From the NCBI RefSeq assembly GCF_024256425.1, contig NC_071110.1, positions 2,252,274 to 2,316,273 of the forward strand: 64,000 nt of DNA. Direction: 5' to 3'. This DNA comes from Clarias gariepinus. Its lineage: Eukaryota. The position numbers and the translations under genes were made by a program. This document shows positions 24,837-36,600 of the stretch, piece by piece; the first letter of the stretch is position 1, and each line of letters begins with the position of its first letter. The notes below the pieces were generated by a model that saw only the letters and a list, made by a program, of their open reading frames with translations, had not been told where the DNA came from and did no database searches.

Positions 24837-25026
24837 CCAGTGCTGGTGTAAAAGAGAAAAACAGTAAGAAGGAAGCCTTATGTGGAGTTTTAAAGAAGAT
24901 GCCAAAGAAAATAAATTCGAGCACTGATTGGTCAACAGCGACCCGGCAGAGGCTGCGTACTACGCTCCGGATTCCTTTCGTCCGTGGGTTATATTACTCA
25001 AAACTCAAAATGCATCAGAAAGCCAG
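24837..25026 (+). CDS. tep1: TEP1 exon 11
   Basis: Encodes ...RQRLRTTLRIPFVRGLYYSKLKMHQKA, matching human RQQLRMAMRIPVLYEQLKREKLRVHKAR. Phase 1 in, phase 2 out. Confidence 0.65.
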
Positions 25027-25427
25027 GTCTGTATATAACAGTGAGTGTTTATGAAACTCTTCCTGTCTTGACCTTTTTATTGCTACTTGCTATGTGTTCA
25101 AGTCAATAAACTGCACTCCTTATAGGCTGCTGAAAGTTATTGGTATAAGTGTCCACAAGAGGGCACTGTGGGCTTAGGGGAGAACTCCTGTGAGTCATTG
25201 TAGGTTGTTATGAGCTTATATTGAGAAGATTTCAGGGAAGAAATCTTCAAGAAGAGGAAAAATGTTTAATGTAGCACATGGGTACATCAACAACACCCTG
25301 TTACACTGAAAAGCAAAACTTTATCACTTTATCTCTTCAGTGGAAAATAATCAGCAAACTTTTTTTTAAGAATTACATGTAGTAGTACTGTAGTTCTATA
25401 ATTGCGAAGTATAGGAAATAATGTAAA

Positions 25428-25700
25428 TGCAGATAATCTGTTCCAGCCACCCAAAAATATTATAATTATATTTTTGCATATAAAAACAACCGAAACATTT
25501 AGTAAATGAAGTAAAATATGAAATAAATAGACATTAAACCTCACTTAACCTTAATTCATGATACCTCTTGGCACCGGCTGCTTTAAAAACTAAACTGAAA
25601 GTGGCTTATCGTCCTTGATAATATTCATGAGACCCATAGTGCTGTCTTCTATAAATCTTGCACAAAATGCAAAAAAATAATAAAACCCCAGATGGAAATT
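25428..25700. repeat. Dispersed repeat, uninterrupted copy (paralog of 39940-40204 plus 41824-41900)
   Basis: Shares ...ccagccacccaaaaatatta...ttgcatataaaaa...ctcttggcaacggctgctttaaaaact...gaaagtggct...cttgcacaaaatgcaaaaaaa... with the copy that hosts the Tc1 insertion. Confidence 0.65.
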
Positions 25701-25920
25701 TTCTTCGTTCATCTCTCCACTGATTAAAACAAGTTTTGATTGGCTAGCAGAAGTACGCACAACCGGATGTTTGCGCAACTGGAAGTACAGGCGACCTGCT
25801 CAGTTGTTCGTATGCCGAGGCAAATTTCTTTTTCAAGAAAAAAATTTTTGTTCCTATGCTGTGTACAGTATTTCCACAGCTTTCTAAAAAATATCTTCTC
25901 TCTCTCTCCCTGTTGCTCAG

Positions 25921-26137
25921 TCCGAGATGCTACACTCCAGAGCTGTTGCAGCGTTACCGTCAGGCCCTGGACAAAGCCGTAGAGATCTCCTGCACGTACA
26001 ACATCCCTCCTCTGTCAGGACACACACTCGTCCTCTTCGGGAGGTGGCTGACATTTCATGGAAAGAAAGGAACTGAATTCTGCATCCCTTCCGAGTCTTC
26101 AGATGGAAGTACGGAGGACACAAACCTCTCAGCTTCG
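25921..26137 (+). CDS. tep1: TEP1 exon 12
   Basis: Encodes PRCYTPELLQRYRQALDKAVEISCTYNIPPLSGHTLVLFG..., matching human EMLNRYRQALETAVNLSVKHSLPLLPGRTVLVYL. GTGAG donor at 26138. Confidence 0.65.
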
Positions 26138-26554
26138 GTGAGAAAAATAAGGAGGACGGGACTATGAACTTGAAGTTAATGCTAAGAAGTTCTTTTTTAT
26201 CTCCAAAACAAGGGTCAAACATAGACAAGACATTTATAACACAACACATATTTGATGGGTTTGCAACCAATCCTAGCTGTACCCTGTCTTGTGCATGAGG
26301 TTCCTTTAGACAGGCTCCTGCCCCCAATGACATATGAGAGGTATATATGAGAGATGGAGGGATTGTGAATTTTATTTTTTTTACAAATCAACAGAAAAAT
26401 CAGTTTGTACTTTGTTACATTTGTAAACCCTAAACATTAAGGCATGGGGTAACTCGCAATCAGTTTAGTCAAACACTCATTATCTTTAAATTTAGATGAT
26501 GAGAAACTTCAGAGGTCACATGACTCAGTTGGTCCTCTCGCTCTGTGCTTTTAG

Positions 26555-26707
26555 GTCTTGGAGGTGGCGGTGCTTCTGGCCATGATGATCTGCTACTGCA
26601 GTGAGCGTGCACGGTTCCTCCTGGCAGGAAGCGACTATTTTGAGGAAGTTCATATTAAGTCAGATGGGCTTTTAGAGAACGTGAGGAAAGTGTCCAAGCT
26701 GCTCACG
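26555..26707 (+). CDS. tep1: TEP1 exon 13
   Basis: Encodes VLEVAVLLAMMICYCSERARFLLAG..., matching human LNYALLLIGMMITRAEQVDVVLCGG. Confidence 0.6.
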
Positions 26708-27000
26708 GTCAGTCATTAAGTTTTTAACATTTGTTTGTGGTCATTTGACGACTGCAAAACTTAAAAAGAAATGCTGAATTGTTTGTGTTGTAATCTCGTA
26801 AGAATATTTTTCTATATCTTATTTAATGACATTTCCTTATTTATATAAGACTAAAGTTATTTTTCCGATTCCAGAACACACATTAACAAAGTGAAAATTA
26901 GAAATGTTCATGTTTCTGATGTTGTAGAAGTTGTAAAATGCTGGAATGTTTGTGGTTAGGATTATTCTAACAACATTTAATAACTCTCTCTCTCTGTCAG

Positions 27001-27069
27001 AAATGGGAGAAGTTACCTTCAGTAGAACACGATAAATTCTTCGACAAGCTTCTTGAAGAGAAAACAAAG
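27001..27069 (+). CDS. tep1: TEP1 exon 14
   Basis: AG/GT flanked, 23 codons, phase-consistent (KWEKLPSVEHDKFFDKLLEEKTK). Confidence 0.45.
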
Positions 27070-27175
27070 GTCTCCCTTTGAAGCCCATATGAACTCTAAT
27101 AGTTTTAACACTTTTAAATTACCTTCAATATAATATTCAGTATCTATGCTCGTGTGGTATTGTTTTATCACTCAG

Positions 27176-27297
27176 GTGGATACCATCATCTTGGTGGGCG
27201 ATTACTCGACTGATTACATGACAGGAGTGGCAGTTCAAAGATTTAGGAGACTGTCCACCCATCAGCCTTTACTGGTGAACATTTTGATCAACCAGTC
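27176..27297 (+). CDS. tep1: TEP1 exon 15
   Basis: Encodes VDTIILVGDYSTDYMTGVAVQRF..., matching human VPVDRVILLGQSMDDGMINVAKQLY. GTAAGT donor. Confidence 0.6.
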
Positions 27298-27594
27298 GTA
27301 AGTTCTGTTCGGGTTATGTTTCATGGGTGTTTCAGGGTATGATATTTACTGCAATGTAGTGACAAGATTTAGAAATGTGCATTGAGGCCACAAAGCTCCT
27401 CATACCTTAGAAATATGCTTATGGTTGGAACAAAAGTTGTCTGGTTTCACATAAAATGTCCTAGTGTTTTTTGTCAACATTTTATTTTTTATATTTGTAA
27501 AAAATTTTACTTAGGATGTGTTTTCTGTTCAAACTAATTCATGTATTTATATTCAGTGATACCAGGTTTCTGCTTTTTTTTTTTTTTTTTTTAG

Positions 27595-27666
27595 TAAAAC
27601 TTTAATTAGAACTGGAGATGATCCTGAAACTGTGACCCTGTGTGGCTTTAGTGAGCAGATCCTCAG
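27595..27666 (+). CDS. tep1: TEP1 exon 16
   Basis: Encodes KTLIRTGDDPETVTLCGFSEQIL(R), matching human NPNDVTLSGCTDAILKFI. Confidence 0.55.
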
Positions 27667-28986
27667 GTAACACCACATTTATGTATAAATTAACGTTACC
27701 ACAGTCTTGTTAATGTGACCGAGCGTTTTTTGCGTTCTTTTCGCTTAAACACTTTGTAATATAAAAAAACAATAAAAAACAAGAGCACACGAAATCCTTT
27801 TTAACTGTTTATTCTCCACCATTCACCAAAACTGAACTCTAACACACACACACAGAAACGCACGAAGAGCAAGGGCACGGAGCTTGCGCACTTCGTGTGT
27901 GTGTGTGAGTGCGTGATGCGTGAAGTGCGTGTATACCATAAAAAAAACACGGACTTCTGGCATTTTCCACTCGCGTTCACACACATATACAGTTTATTAT
28001 ATGTAGTTTGTAAATATTGTTTATATCTTTGTTTGGTTGTTGTGCACCTTTTTCGTTTACTTTATTTAGTTTTGTATAATACACGTTTGCTTTATCTACT
28101 TGTTTGTGTTTGTTCTTTTTGCTCACCGGCCTTTTAACGCAACACCGACACAAAGATAAAAGATCTCTCGATTTTTGTACCCACAGCTAATATAAAATTA
28201 GCTGGTCGTTACACGGTAAAACCGACGCCATCTTTTCTATGTATTGACGCGTCTCCAGAGCCGTCGTTCAGTTATGGTCATGGGCGTTTCGTTTTTCCGA
28301 CACACGCTGTAGCGGTAGACCAGTCATAAATCACCGCGCCATCTGACCAATCACAGCAGTGAGGGCTCACGGAAAGGCGGGGTTTAGACAGACTGAGTCG
28401 ACGAGTCGTTTACAAATCATTTAGAAATGGGGTAAAATTTAATCTATTTTTGGAGAAAATTAAAATGTTTTTTGACCTTGCATACATGTAAACCTGTTTT
28501 AAGAGACTCATTAAGCAATATTAGCAACCTTTAAAATGTCATAATTGGGGCACTTTAAAAATATTATAGCAAATGAAGTTATTTGGGTTCGGGTGTAAAT
28601 GTGAATCAAAGGGGCCAATGTTGTGCTTTGTAACTGTGGTGGAAATTAGATTACCAACTCTGGAGACTTCAAATAGTATCAGAACAAGAGAATAAAACAT
28701 AAAACACATACTGTAACGTTTAAGAAAACAACAGACCTGTTCCTTCGGGTGCTGATAAGCAGACAAGTTACATCTCCTGATGCTGAGTTTCTGTCAACGT
28801 AGATAGATTAAGGCCTTTACTCCCTATAGATCTTCTTTCTTGCACGTACACATATTCCAAGTCTGTAACTCTAATAGGTCAGCCATGATTATGTCGAATT
28901 TTAGTTAGACACACGTAGTCGATTAAAATTTTCTACCACTTAGTTAGCCAGAAAGTTTGTTCACTGGTCATTTTCTTGCCCTGCAG

Positions 28987-29133
28987 GTTCATTTCAGAGC
29001 GCGGGTCCTCCAGATTTTTGGATCACGTGGAGCAAATCGACAAACTGTACAAGATTCCTCCTCCAACAGGTTCTGCCTTAAAACCAGAAAGAAGCAGTGA
29101 CATCATACCCCTACCTGCGGTCCCCAAACTCAG
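28987..29133 (+). CDS. tep1: TEP1 exon 17
   Basis: Encodes FISERGSSRFLDHVEQIDKLYKIPPPTGSALKPE..., matching human FIAEHGASHLLEHVGQMDKIFKIPPPPGKTG. Confidence 0.75.
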
Positions 29134-29190
29134 GTACCTCCACACAACTGAACTAGGAATACCTGAACTTGTGTGTTTAGGGAAAAATGT

Positions 29191-29194
<4 letters not shown>

Positions 29195-29254
<60 letters not shown>
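29195..29254. repeat. (TA)n microsatellite (~30 units)
   Basis: Perfect tatata run. Confidence 0.9.
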
Positions 29255-29259
<5 letters not shown>

Positions 29260-29631
29260 TTTTTTTTAATAGCTAAGACAGAAAGAGGAATATGTTGTGT
29301 ATTGTAGTGAAAGTCTATGACTAAATAAATCTCTAAAACAATTAATTATATTAAACAGAAATGAATACTACTTACCTAATAAATACACAAACAAATTGTC
29401 TTTAGTGATAGTGATGGGAAAGAGGCTCAAATAAAACTGTTTTATATCCAGAAACGGTAAAACTAAGAGGTATAGTAAAATAAATAGACGGGTTAAAGAA
29501 AATAATGTTAAGAAAAAAAGTGTATAAGAGAGAAAGTAGAAAATATCTGGAAAAAGAAAGGGAAAATAAATAATTCTTGAATCAAAAAAAATAAATTTTG
29601 AATAAAAAATGTTTACTTGTTTACTAATTCG

Positions 29632-29880
29632 GCAGCGCGATGGTGTAGTGGTTAGCACTATCGCCTTGCACCTCCGGGGTCTGGGTTTGATTCCCGGCCG
29701 GGGGCAATTCCCATCTCTGTGGGCATGGAGTTTGCATGTTTTCCCCGTGCTTGGTGGGTTTCCTCCCACAGTCCGAAGACATGCAGATTAGGCTAATTGG
29801 TGTTTCCAAATTGCCCATAGTTTGTGAGTGAGTGCGAGTGTATGCCCTGCGATGGATTGGCACCCTGTCCAGGGTTTACC
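29632..29880 (+). mobile_element. tRNA-derived SINE (family A)
   Basis: tRNA-like head ggcgcgatggtgtagtggttagcac...gggtttgattcccggcc and conserved tail ...tgccctgcgatggattggcaccctgtccagggt. A second copy lies at 43805-44045. Confidence 0.7.
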
Positions 29881-30021
29881 CTATAAATAGTTTTTGAGGA
29901 ATTACATTATTTAAAAAAAGTAATTATAAACCAAATATAATTTTTTATTGCTTATTTTTCTCTGAAAGTTAGAGTCTGTGGCAGTAAAAAAGCTTACACA
30001 TTGTCCTCATTCCGTTGTCAG

Positions 30022-30313
30022 GTGGCGTAGCGTGCGTGTCTTCATCTCGTCTACGTTCAGAGACATGCACGGCGAGCGAGACGTCCTGGTCCGCAGTGTT
30101 TTCCCGGAGTTACGGCGGCGAGCGGCTTCCCTCTGCCTCCACCTGCAGGAGGTGGACCTGCGCTGGGGCGTCACTGAGGAGGAATCGGCACGCGCCGCTG
30201 AGATCTGCCTCAGGGAGGTCTGTCGCTCCCATTTGCTGCTGGGAATTCTGGGAGAGAGATACGGCCTGGTGCCTCCTCGGCCCTTGCTGCCTGACCTGCC
30301 TCACTACAGCTGG
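30022..30313 (+). CDS. tep1: TEP1 exon 18 (DUF4062 region)
   Basis: Encodes [35 protein letters not shown]...[14 protein letters not shown]...[13 protein letters not shown]...LPHYSW, matching human [36 protein letters not shown]...[14 protein letters not shown]...GILGSRYGYIPP...HPHFHW. Confidence 0.85.
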
Positions 30314-30783
30314 GTAAGGAAGAGAAAAGAAAAAGTCTTTACTAATCATTGTAATGAGTTATTTACTGACTATTTATTCATGTTGGATTTTAATTGCTGC
30401 GATATTCTGTAGGATGGGTTCTGCTCACAAATCCACATGTTAGTTTTGTAATTTTTGTAATTTAATACAAAATATTTGCTATTGGCTCTGTTGCTTATTG
30501 ATAAATCCACTACAGCTCTAAGTTTATTGATTTGGCTTGATATTTTATCCTTCCTTCAAAATACTTACTACACTTTTTGTAGTTTTTATTTAGAACAGTA
30601 GTGCACAGGCAATATTATTATCATTACACACTTTTTTTTTTTTACTTTTTATTTATGCTATATGTGCTTTTTATTACAATTGTTTTATTTTGGATTTATA
30701 TTGAAGTTGTATGTGATGTAATTTTATAAATGATGTTACGTATAAAATATAAAGATTTATAGCTTTTTAATTGTGTGTGTCAG

Positions 30784-30905
30784 TTGAAGTCGGCTCCTGA
30801 GGGTCTGTCGGTCACAGAGATGGAGATCCGTCAGTTTCAGGCCTTGTTTCCTGATTCTGCTCAGAGCCGCATGTTCTTCTACTTCAGATCTCCTCAGCTG
30901 CTCAG
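30784..30905 (+). CDS. tep1: TEP1 exon 19
   Basis: Encodes LKSAPEGLSVTEMEIRQFQALFPDSAQSRMFFYFRSPQLL, matching human SGRSVTEMEVMQFLNRN...ALIYFRDSSFL. Confidence 0.75.
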
Positions 30906-31764
30906 GTACGGACTCACCTTCTAACCTTCTGCTCTCAGAGACTCAGGACTGGATCTCAACAAGCCTCTGTACTACTCTCAACATGTTTAAATAGCAAAAT
31001 ATCTGAAGAGCAGCATTTTATCTGGTTAATGAAGTATAAATTTGTTACAAAATAAAACGCTCATGCTGTTATAGGAGCATTACCATCCTGAAGCTATATT
31101 ATCATATAGCATAAAACAATTTTATTAAAATCTATAGGTACAATCATATATTATTATATGTTTGTAGTAAATCTTTAAAATTGTAAAACAAAATTTACAG
31201 AATTTTCTCCTCCTTTTAAACCTTAACAGTTTATTTAAAACAACATTACTGTTTTTTTGGAACCTTTATATCATGATAAATATAATCATGATATTTTTTG
31301 ATCACGTCTTGATCTTTAGTTTAATTATAAGTGATTGGGGAGTATGTGACTATTTAATTATTATATGAATAATAAATATAAATAAAATATAGAGGTTGAT
31401 TTTTACAAATGTAAAGGGCCAGAACACACAGGTAGCAGGTGTCAACTTCTCAACAACAGTTCTTTAATGAAGGGTGGGCGGGCAGCAGGCAGCTATAGGT
31501 GAACGGGACTTATAGCTTAGAGGAAAACTACTCACTGGAAGAAGACGAGTGGGCCTTTTAAAAGGCCGTGCAGATGCTGAGTGGGTGATAGTGTTGATCC
31601 ACTTCCAGCCCAGGTGCGTTCCACAGGCCCGCTCCCTTGATAGGTGTGCTCTGCTGTCGGCGCACCTTACTCTATGTGTGTATGTGAGAAGCTCCTGCAC
31701 CAAGTGGGCCACTGTTGCACAAATCAGCTAAATTCATAAAATTATTATTAATATTTTTGTTTAG

Positions 31765-31878
31765 TTCAGTGCCTGAGGCTTGGAGAGACGACTTTGCAGC
31801 TGAATCCCAAAAAAATGCAGCGAAAATGGATGAACTGAAAAAATGGATTAAGAGCAATGACTTTGGAGTGATGGAAAA
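31765..31878 (+). CDS. tep1: TEP1 exon 20
   Basis: Encodes SVPEAWRDDFAAESQKNAAKMDELKKWI..., matching human [28 protein letters not shown]. Confidence 0.75.
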
Positions 31879-32033
31879 GTAAGAACAAGATCTGAATTAT
31901 TAAATTATTATGTTTGTTTAGTAAATTTGGTTTGGCAGTTTTGTGTTTAGTCTCATCTGGTAAACTCAGGGAAGGACACAAGCGTCGTCATTGCGTCGTC
32001 ATGCACTGTAAGTTCTTCTCTGTATGTCTGTAG

Positions 32034-32151
32034 TTACCCGTGTGAGTGGGGCGGAGTCATAGCTGGAAAAGCGTACGTTAAAGCTCTGGAGGATTTTGCC
32101 AAGGCTGTGATGGAGGATCTTTGGTCTGTTATACAGAGGCTTTTTGTTGAG
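32034..32151 (+). CDS. tep1: TEP1 exon 21
   Basis: Encodes [39 protein letters not shown], matching human [39 protein letters not shown]. Confidence 0.85.
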
Positions 32152-32396
32152 GTCAGGCATCAAAATTATATGTTGTTATTTAATACAATACAATTTCAAG
32201 ATAATTTATAAAATCTCTTTTACATAAAGAGTTCAGTTTTAATTAGCATCTTCTTCACTGTGACTGACAGACTGAGAGGCCACACCTCCTTTAGTGGACT
32301 GTCAGGCACAGAGGGTGTATGAACAGTTCTGTGATCAGATGGCCATTATTTCACCCTCCTCAGTGTTCTTGTTCACTGTTTTGACCTGTTGCTCAG

Positions 32397-32585
32397 GAAT
32401 CAGACGAGGCAGATCTGACAGCAGAGATCAAAGAACAGGAAGTGCACCAGGAAGCCCAAAGCCAGCAGTTTTACGGGCGAGCGAAGCTGCTTTCAAAGGC
32501 AAAAGAGAAAATTGAAGAATGTCAGAGGAAAGGTGGGGTTCTGCTGGTGCAGGGCGGGGCCGGAGTCGGCAAAACGGCTTTCATG
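32397..32585 (+). CDS. tep1: TEP1 exon 22 (NACHT P-loop)
   Basis: Encodes ...LLVQGGAGVGKTAFM, matching human SLVTGQSGQGKTAFL (Walker A). Phase 0/0. Confidence 0.8.
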
Positions 32586-32695
32586 GTAACGCTTTGCATT
32601 TTATTTATTGCATATGGCAGCTGACAGGAACAAGTGTCTCACACGTCACAGTCATGTCTCTTTCTCTGTCTCTGTCCCTCTTTTTTTCCTGTCAG

Positions 32696-32892
32696 GCTTC
32701 ATTGGCTCACTCACTCCAAACCCCAGACAAGAGGAAGAAAGTGCCCATGTGTGATGTCATATCCTACTCCACAGCTGCTAGCCAGTCAGCTTCTGGGGTT
32801 GAGCCTCTCCTACGCTGTTTGGTCCAATGGCTGAGGAAGAGGAAGGAGCAGGAGGAGGAGCTTCCTCCCAGCACACCTTACAGGTGAGAGAT
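32696..32892 (+). CDS. tep1: TEP1 exon 23
   Basis: Encodes ASLAHSLQTPDKRKKVPM..., matching human ASLVSALQAPDGAKVAPL. GTGAG donor. Confidence 0.65.
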
Positions 32893-33097
32893 ATGTAGAA
32901 TGTGGAAGTATAACAATTTGAAATAAAAAATAAAGGGTAAGAGTTTCATGCTGGCAAAAAGGAAACCTATGGTCTGTGCCTTTTCTTTGAGAATAAATTT
33001 AATTGTAAAGGAAACAGAATAGGACATGTAATAGAAACCTGTGTTTCTCAGTGTAGTTTTTACAGAATCAGAGAATAAATGCAGTGTGTATTAACAG

Positions 33098-33239
33098 AGA
33101 TCTGCTGTCAGAGTTACTCTCTCAGCTGAAGGAGGTGAAGAAAGGCAGATCTCTGGCTTTACTCATTGATGGAGCAGATCTGGTGCACGATGCTAAAGGG
33201 CAAAGAATTTCTGAATGGATTCCACAACACATTCCAAAG
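33098..33239 (+). CDS. tep1: TEP1 exon 24 (NACHT)
   Basis: Encodes ...LALLIDGADLVHDAKGQRISEWIPQHIPK, matching human VLIIDGADRLVDQNGQLISDWIPKKLPR. Confidence 0.8.
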
Positions 33240-33382
33240 GTTTAGTAACACAAACACACACATATATAATTTACAGATATCTAGGGAAAAATTATATAAG
33301 GATTAAAATACTTTGTGTTTTCCTGTTTTCAGTGAAATAATATAGAGCTGTTTGTGTGATGATGCTGTCTTCAACCTTTTAG

Positions 33383-33562
33383 GGTGTGTGTCTGGTCCTG
33401 AGCGTTACTACAGGTTCAGATCTCCACAACACCATCAGCAAAAGTAAAAGCTGCACTCTGTTTCCTCTGGGGCCGTTACTGCTGCCAGACCGGAGAGAAA
33501 TCGTCGAGAAGGAGCTGAGTGTGTACGGGAAGAAACTGAGTGATTCTGCCTTTAATAACCAG
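33383..33562 (+). CDS. tep1: TEP1 exon 25
   Basis: Encodes GVCLVLSVTTGSDL...LFPLGPLLLPDRREIVEKELSVYGKKLSDSAFNNQ, matching human CVHLVLSVSSDAGL...LALGPLEASARARLVREELALYGKRLEESPFNNQ. Confidence 0.85.
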
Positions 33563-33635
33563 GTCTGATATTACATCACAGAGCAAAATGGGTGTTTGAG
33601 GGAAACAGGGAAACTTCATGTGTTTGTACCTGCAG

Positions 33636-33728
33636 CTCCAGACGCTGCTGATGAAGAAGGGAGCTGCGAGTCCACTGTATCTGCGCTTGGCCTGTGAGGA
33701 GCTCAGGAACTACGCCTCCTTTGAAAAG
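33636..33728 (+). CDS. tep1: TEP1 exon 26
   Basis: Encodes LQTLLMKKGAASPLYLRLACEELRNYASFEK, matching human MRLLLVKRESGRPLYLRLVTDHLRLFTLYEQ. Confidence 0.8.
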
Positions 33729-34178
33729 GTGACACTAACGCTGATGCTCATATTTGTTCTAGAAGACACACATTAAAATCATTAAGGTGCTTTCCTTTGT
33801 GTGGCCATAATAAACTAGTGAAACCATGGCAACTAAATAAAAGACTGCTTTCTAGTGACCGATGTACAACGAATGTAGAGTTGCAAGATGTCATTGTGAT
33901 TGGTTTTGATTGCAGATGATGGCAGTGTTTTATAAAATATTCATTTTAACAGCATATTTGTATTAAACATTACAAATTGTCATCATTGTCATTGCCGTTA
34001 TGAGTTGTTTGAATGAGGATGATTTGTATATAGTGTACGTATGATAGCTCCGAACATGCTCATTTCACTTTAGAAAAGAGATCAGTCAACATTTGTTGTA
34101 ATGTGTTGTAATGATTTTTGCAAGATTTAGTGAAAACTCATACAGTGTAAATCGGCTTAAACCACGTTTCGTTTCCAG

Positions 34179-34311
34179 ATGAAGGAGAACCTTCAGTGTC
34201 TCCCGGTGTCTCTGTGTGAGCTGATTCAGCACAGTCTGATCAGGCTGAACTCTCAGTATGAAGGAACAGGACTCAGCTGGACCCTGGCTGCTCTGACCGT
34301 CAGCTCCACTG
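34179..34311 (+). CDS. tep1: TEP1 exon 27
   Basis: AG/GT flanked, phase 0 in and phase 1 out (MKENLQCLPVSLCELIQHSLIRLNSQYEG...). Weak match to human ...LPATVPLLLQHILSTLEKEHG. Confidence 0.6.
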
Positions 34312-34456
34312 GTATAACTGACCATCCTCATCATCATCATCATCACTAATACATAATAAACACAGTGGTTAAACAGTTATGGACATGTGAATATAATACA
34401 ATTAAATGTACAGGCATTTTGTATTAGCATGTGCTCTGTTGCTCGTCTCTGCACAG

Positions 34457-34616
34457 GTCTGAAAGAGAGAGATCTCTACTTCCTGTTGAACTTGTGCACT
34501 GATCTGAGCTCCACACACACCCCACTGAACTGGAAGGAAGCGATCAAACACGCCAGGAACCCAAAAACCATGGTGCCCATGGCCACGTTCTCTCAGCTGG
34601 CCCGAAACTTACAGAG
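34457..34616 (+). CDS. tep1: TEP1 exon 28
   Basis: Phase-consistent. Encodes LKERDLYFLLNLCTD...NWKEAIKHARNPKT... Confidence 0.55.
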
Positions 34617-34973
34617 GTAGTCAGAGTTGTGCTGTGATTTATAACTAACGAATGAGACGATTGTCTTATAGTGAAATAAATTTTCTTGGGTGCTCTAGGA
34701 GAACACTCAATGTTTTTGCTGAGCCTTATGACACTGTGCTTTCAGAAAAAGTAAAAAAAACATTAAGGTTTTATGTAGAACCCCACCAACAGTGTGTTTC
34801 CCAAATCTAATTAGCTCAAGTGGCACCATTTTAGGATGCTAAGAACACTTAATTATCTTGTATTTTTGAGAAATTTTGTTCCCATAGGGGCTTGTCAGAT
34901 TTCCCTTTATAGAAACCTTTAACGGTTCTTTCTTTTTTTTTTTTTTTTGGTGTTCTGTACTGTTCTGCTGCAG

Positions 34974-35107
34974 TCTGATTGGGTCATCTCTGTCTGTGGA
35001 ACCGGATCAGTCCTTGGTTCTCACAAATCCAGATTTTCAATCAGCGTTTGAGCAACTTTACCTCTCTGATCCAGACGACAGAACCAGAGCGCACATGATT
35101 CTCGCAG
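34974..35107 (+). CDS. tep1: TEP1 exon 29
   Basis: Phase-consistent. Encodes LIGSSLSVEPDQSLVLTNPDFQSAFEQLYLSDPDDRTRAHMILA. Confidence 0.55.
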
Positions 35108-35145
35108 GTAGGACAACATTTTATATTATAGTCTTCACAAAGAGT

Positions 35146-35190
<45 letters not shown>

Positions 35191-35210
35191 GTGTGTTTGT
35201 ATTTTTGTAG

Positions 35211-35299
35211 CTTACCTGTGGGTTCAGTCAGATCCTCATGGACATGACACGTTCCTGCACTGTGACCCGGACACACTCGCACAGCTTCCTGCTCATCTG
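35211..35299 (+). CDS. tep1: TEP1 exon 30
   Basis: Encodes YLWVQSDPHGHDTFLHCDPDTLAQLPAHL, matching human ...FRSCPPEALGDLPYHL. Confidence 0.6.
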
Positions 35300-35387
35300 G
35301 TCAGTGTCTCTTCCTACTGACTCACACACTCCTTTCACACCTTTCCACTGTTACAGAAAATCTCACCGTTTTTATTTTCATCTAAAG

Positions 35388-35502
35388 GTAAAGTCTCGTC
35401 AGTGGGAGCCGATGCATTTCCTGCTTTGCAACTACTACTTCCTGTATGCTAATGTGCATCACGGACTTCTGCACAGCCTGATGGAGAATTATGTTCTATA
35501 TG
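35388..35502 (+). CDS. tep1: TEP1 exon 31
   Basis: Encodes ...MHFLLCNYYFLYANVHHGLLHSLMENYVLY, matching human LLSKFLTNLHVVAAHLELGLVSRLLEAHALYA. Confidence 0.65.
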
Positions 35503-35870
35503 GTAGGGTTTTATAGCAATCCAACATTTTCAAGAGGTTAAAGAGTCCTGTATTAATGCATAAACACTTGACCCTGCCCGGTTATCTTTTATGTTGTCCT
35601 TCCGGCCCTAGCCCCTCATTAATTTTTTTCCCTACACTTTTACTAGAAAAGAGGAACGAATTAAACAAGCCACTCTGTCCTGAAGCATTCGGTACGTTCA
35701 TCTATGCCTCTTCATCTTAGCTGATGCATGCCAGAAATTTAGCTTCAGGTTTTTTTTTTTTCTCACACTGATGTTTACATGACCATATGTCATATATTAA
35801 TAGTTAGCAGTAATATATCTGTACATATCAATACGATTTAACCCCATTATAAACATCGTCATCTCCACAG

Positions 35871-36078
35871 ATGGCTCAGACGAGGTTCTGGCTTGTCTTT
35901 CGTTCCTCAAGCGCCACGCCCCCCTCCTCTGTCATTGGCCAACTCTGTTTGTGCAGCAAGCCCTAAATGAACCAGATGCCTCAGCTGCTCATATCTGGGC
36001 TAAATGTGCAGTCAAGGAAGGAAACATCCATGCTGTCAGATGGATGAACAAGTCCCAAGAATCCCGACAGGAATCTGG
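35871..36078 (+). CDS. tep1: TEP1 exon 32
   Basis: Phase 1 in, phase 2 out. Encodes GSDEVLACLSFLKRHAPLLCHWPTLFVQQALNEPD... Confidence 0.55.
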
Positions 36079-36239
36079 GTAGGAATCACTCTATGCCCTC
36101 TGACTTACTCACTACAATAAAAAAGAAACCAAATTTTTATATAAATGCTGTTAACAGTTTGTTTACTGTTCAGATAACATTATTTTTGTTGTATATTATT
36201 TATTTGTCAGCAGTGTGTAATTCAGTGTTTGTAATTCAG

Positions 36240-36363
36240 CAGTGAGCTGGTTTCCACATTTAAGTGGACTCCATCGTGTGTGTCTCTGAGTCCTACTGGA
36301 CGTTTCATGGCGGTGGGGACAGTATATGGTTCTCTCCATATCTACCATACTCACACTAACCAG
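36240..36363 (+). CDS. tep1: TEP1 exon 33 (first WD blade)
   Basis: Encodes ...VSLSPTGRFMAVGTVYGSLHIYHTHTNQ, matching human VAFSTNGQRAAVGTANGTVYLLDLRTWQ. Confidence 0.7.
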
Positions 36364-36475
36364 GTAACAGCCACAGCTCCATCCTCAGCTCATTTCCTGT
36401 TAGGTATATAATTCTTGTAGAAAGAGAGACAATTTGATGATTCTCCTTTTTGTTGTTTTCTCTCTCTCACAAAAG

Positions 36476-36600
36476 GAAGTGAAGTCACTGATTAGTAATT
36501 GTGACGGGATCTCAGGCTGTGTGTTTCTGGATGATTGTGTTCTGTGGTCAACCTCGTATGATGGCCAGGTGGAGGCGTGGGACATTAACAGTGGCTGCAG
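36476..36600 (+). CDS. tep1: TEP1 exon 34 (WD)
   Basis: Encodes EVKSLISNCDGISGCVFLDDCVLWSTSYDGQVEAWDINSGCR, matching human EKSVVSGCDGISACLFLSDDTLFLTAFDGLLELWDLQHGCR. Confidence 0.85.

Noticed and set aside
29978-30412. Using the full 144-aa ORF (start at 29978 [13 protein letters not shown]...) as the exon
   Set aside because: Homology to TEP1 begins at [10 protein letters not shown], right after an AG acceptor at 30020-30021. The ORF tail after ...HYSW runs past a GTAAGG donor at 30314. The exon is 30022-30313.
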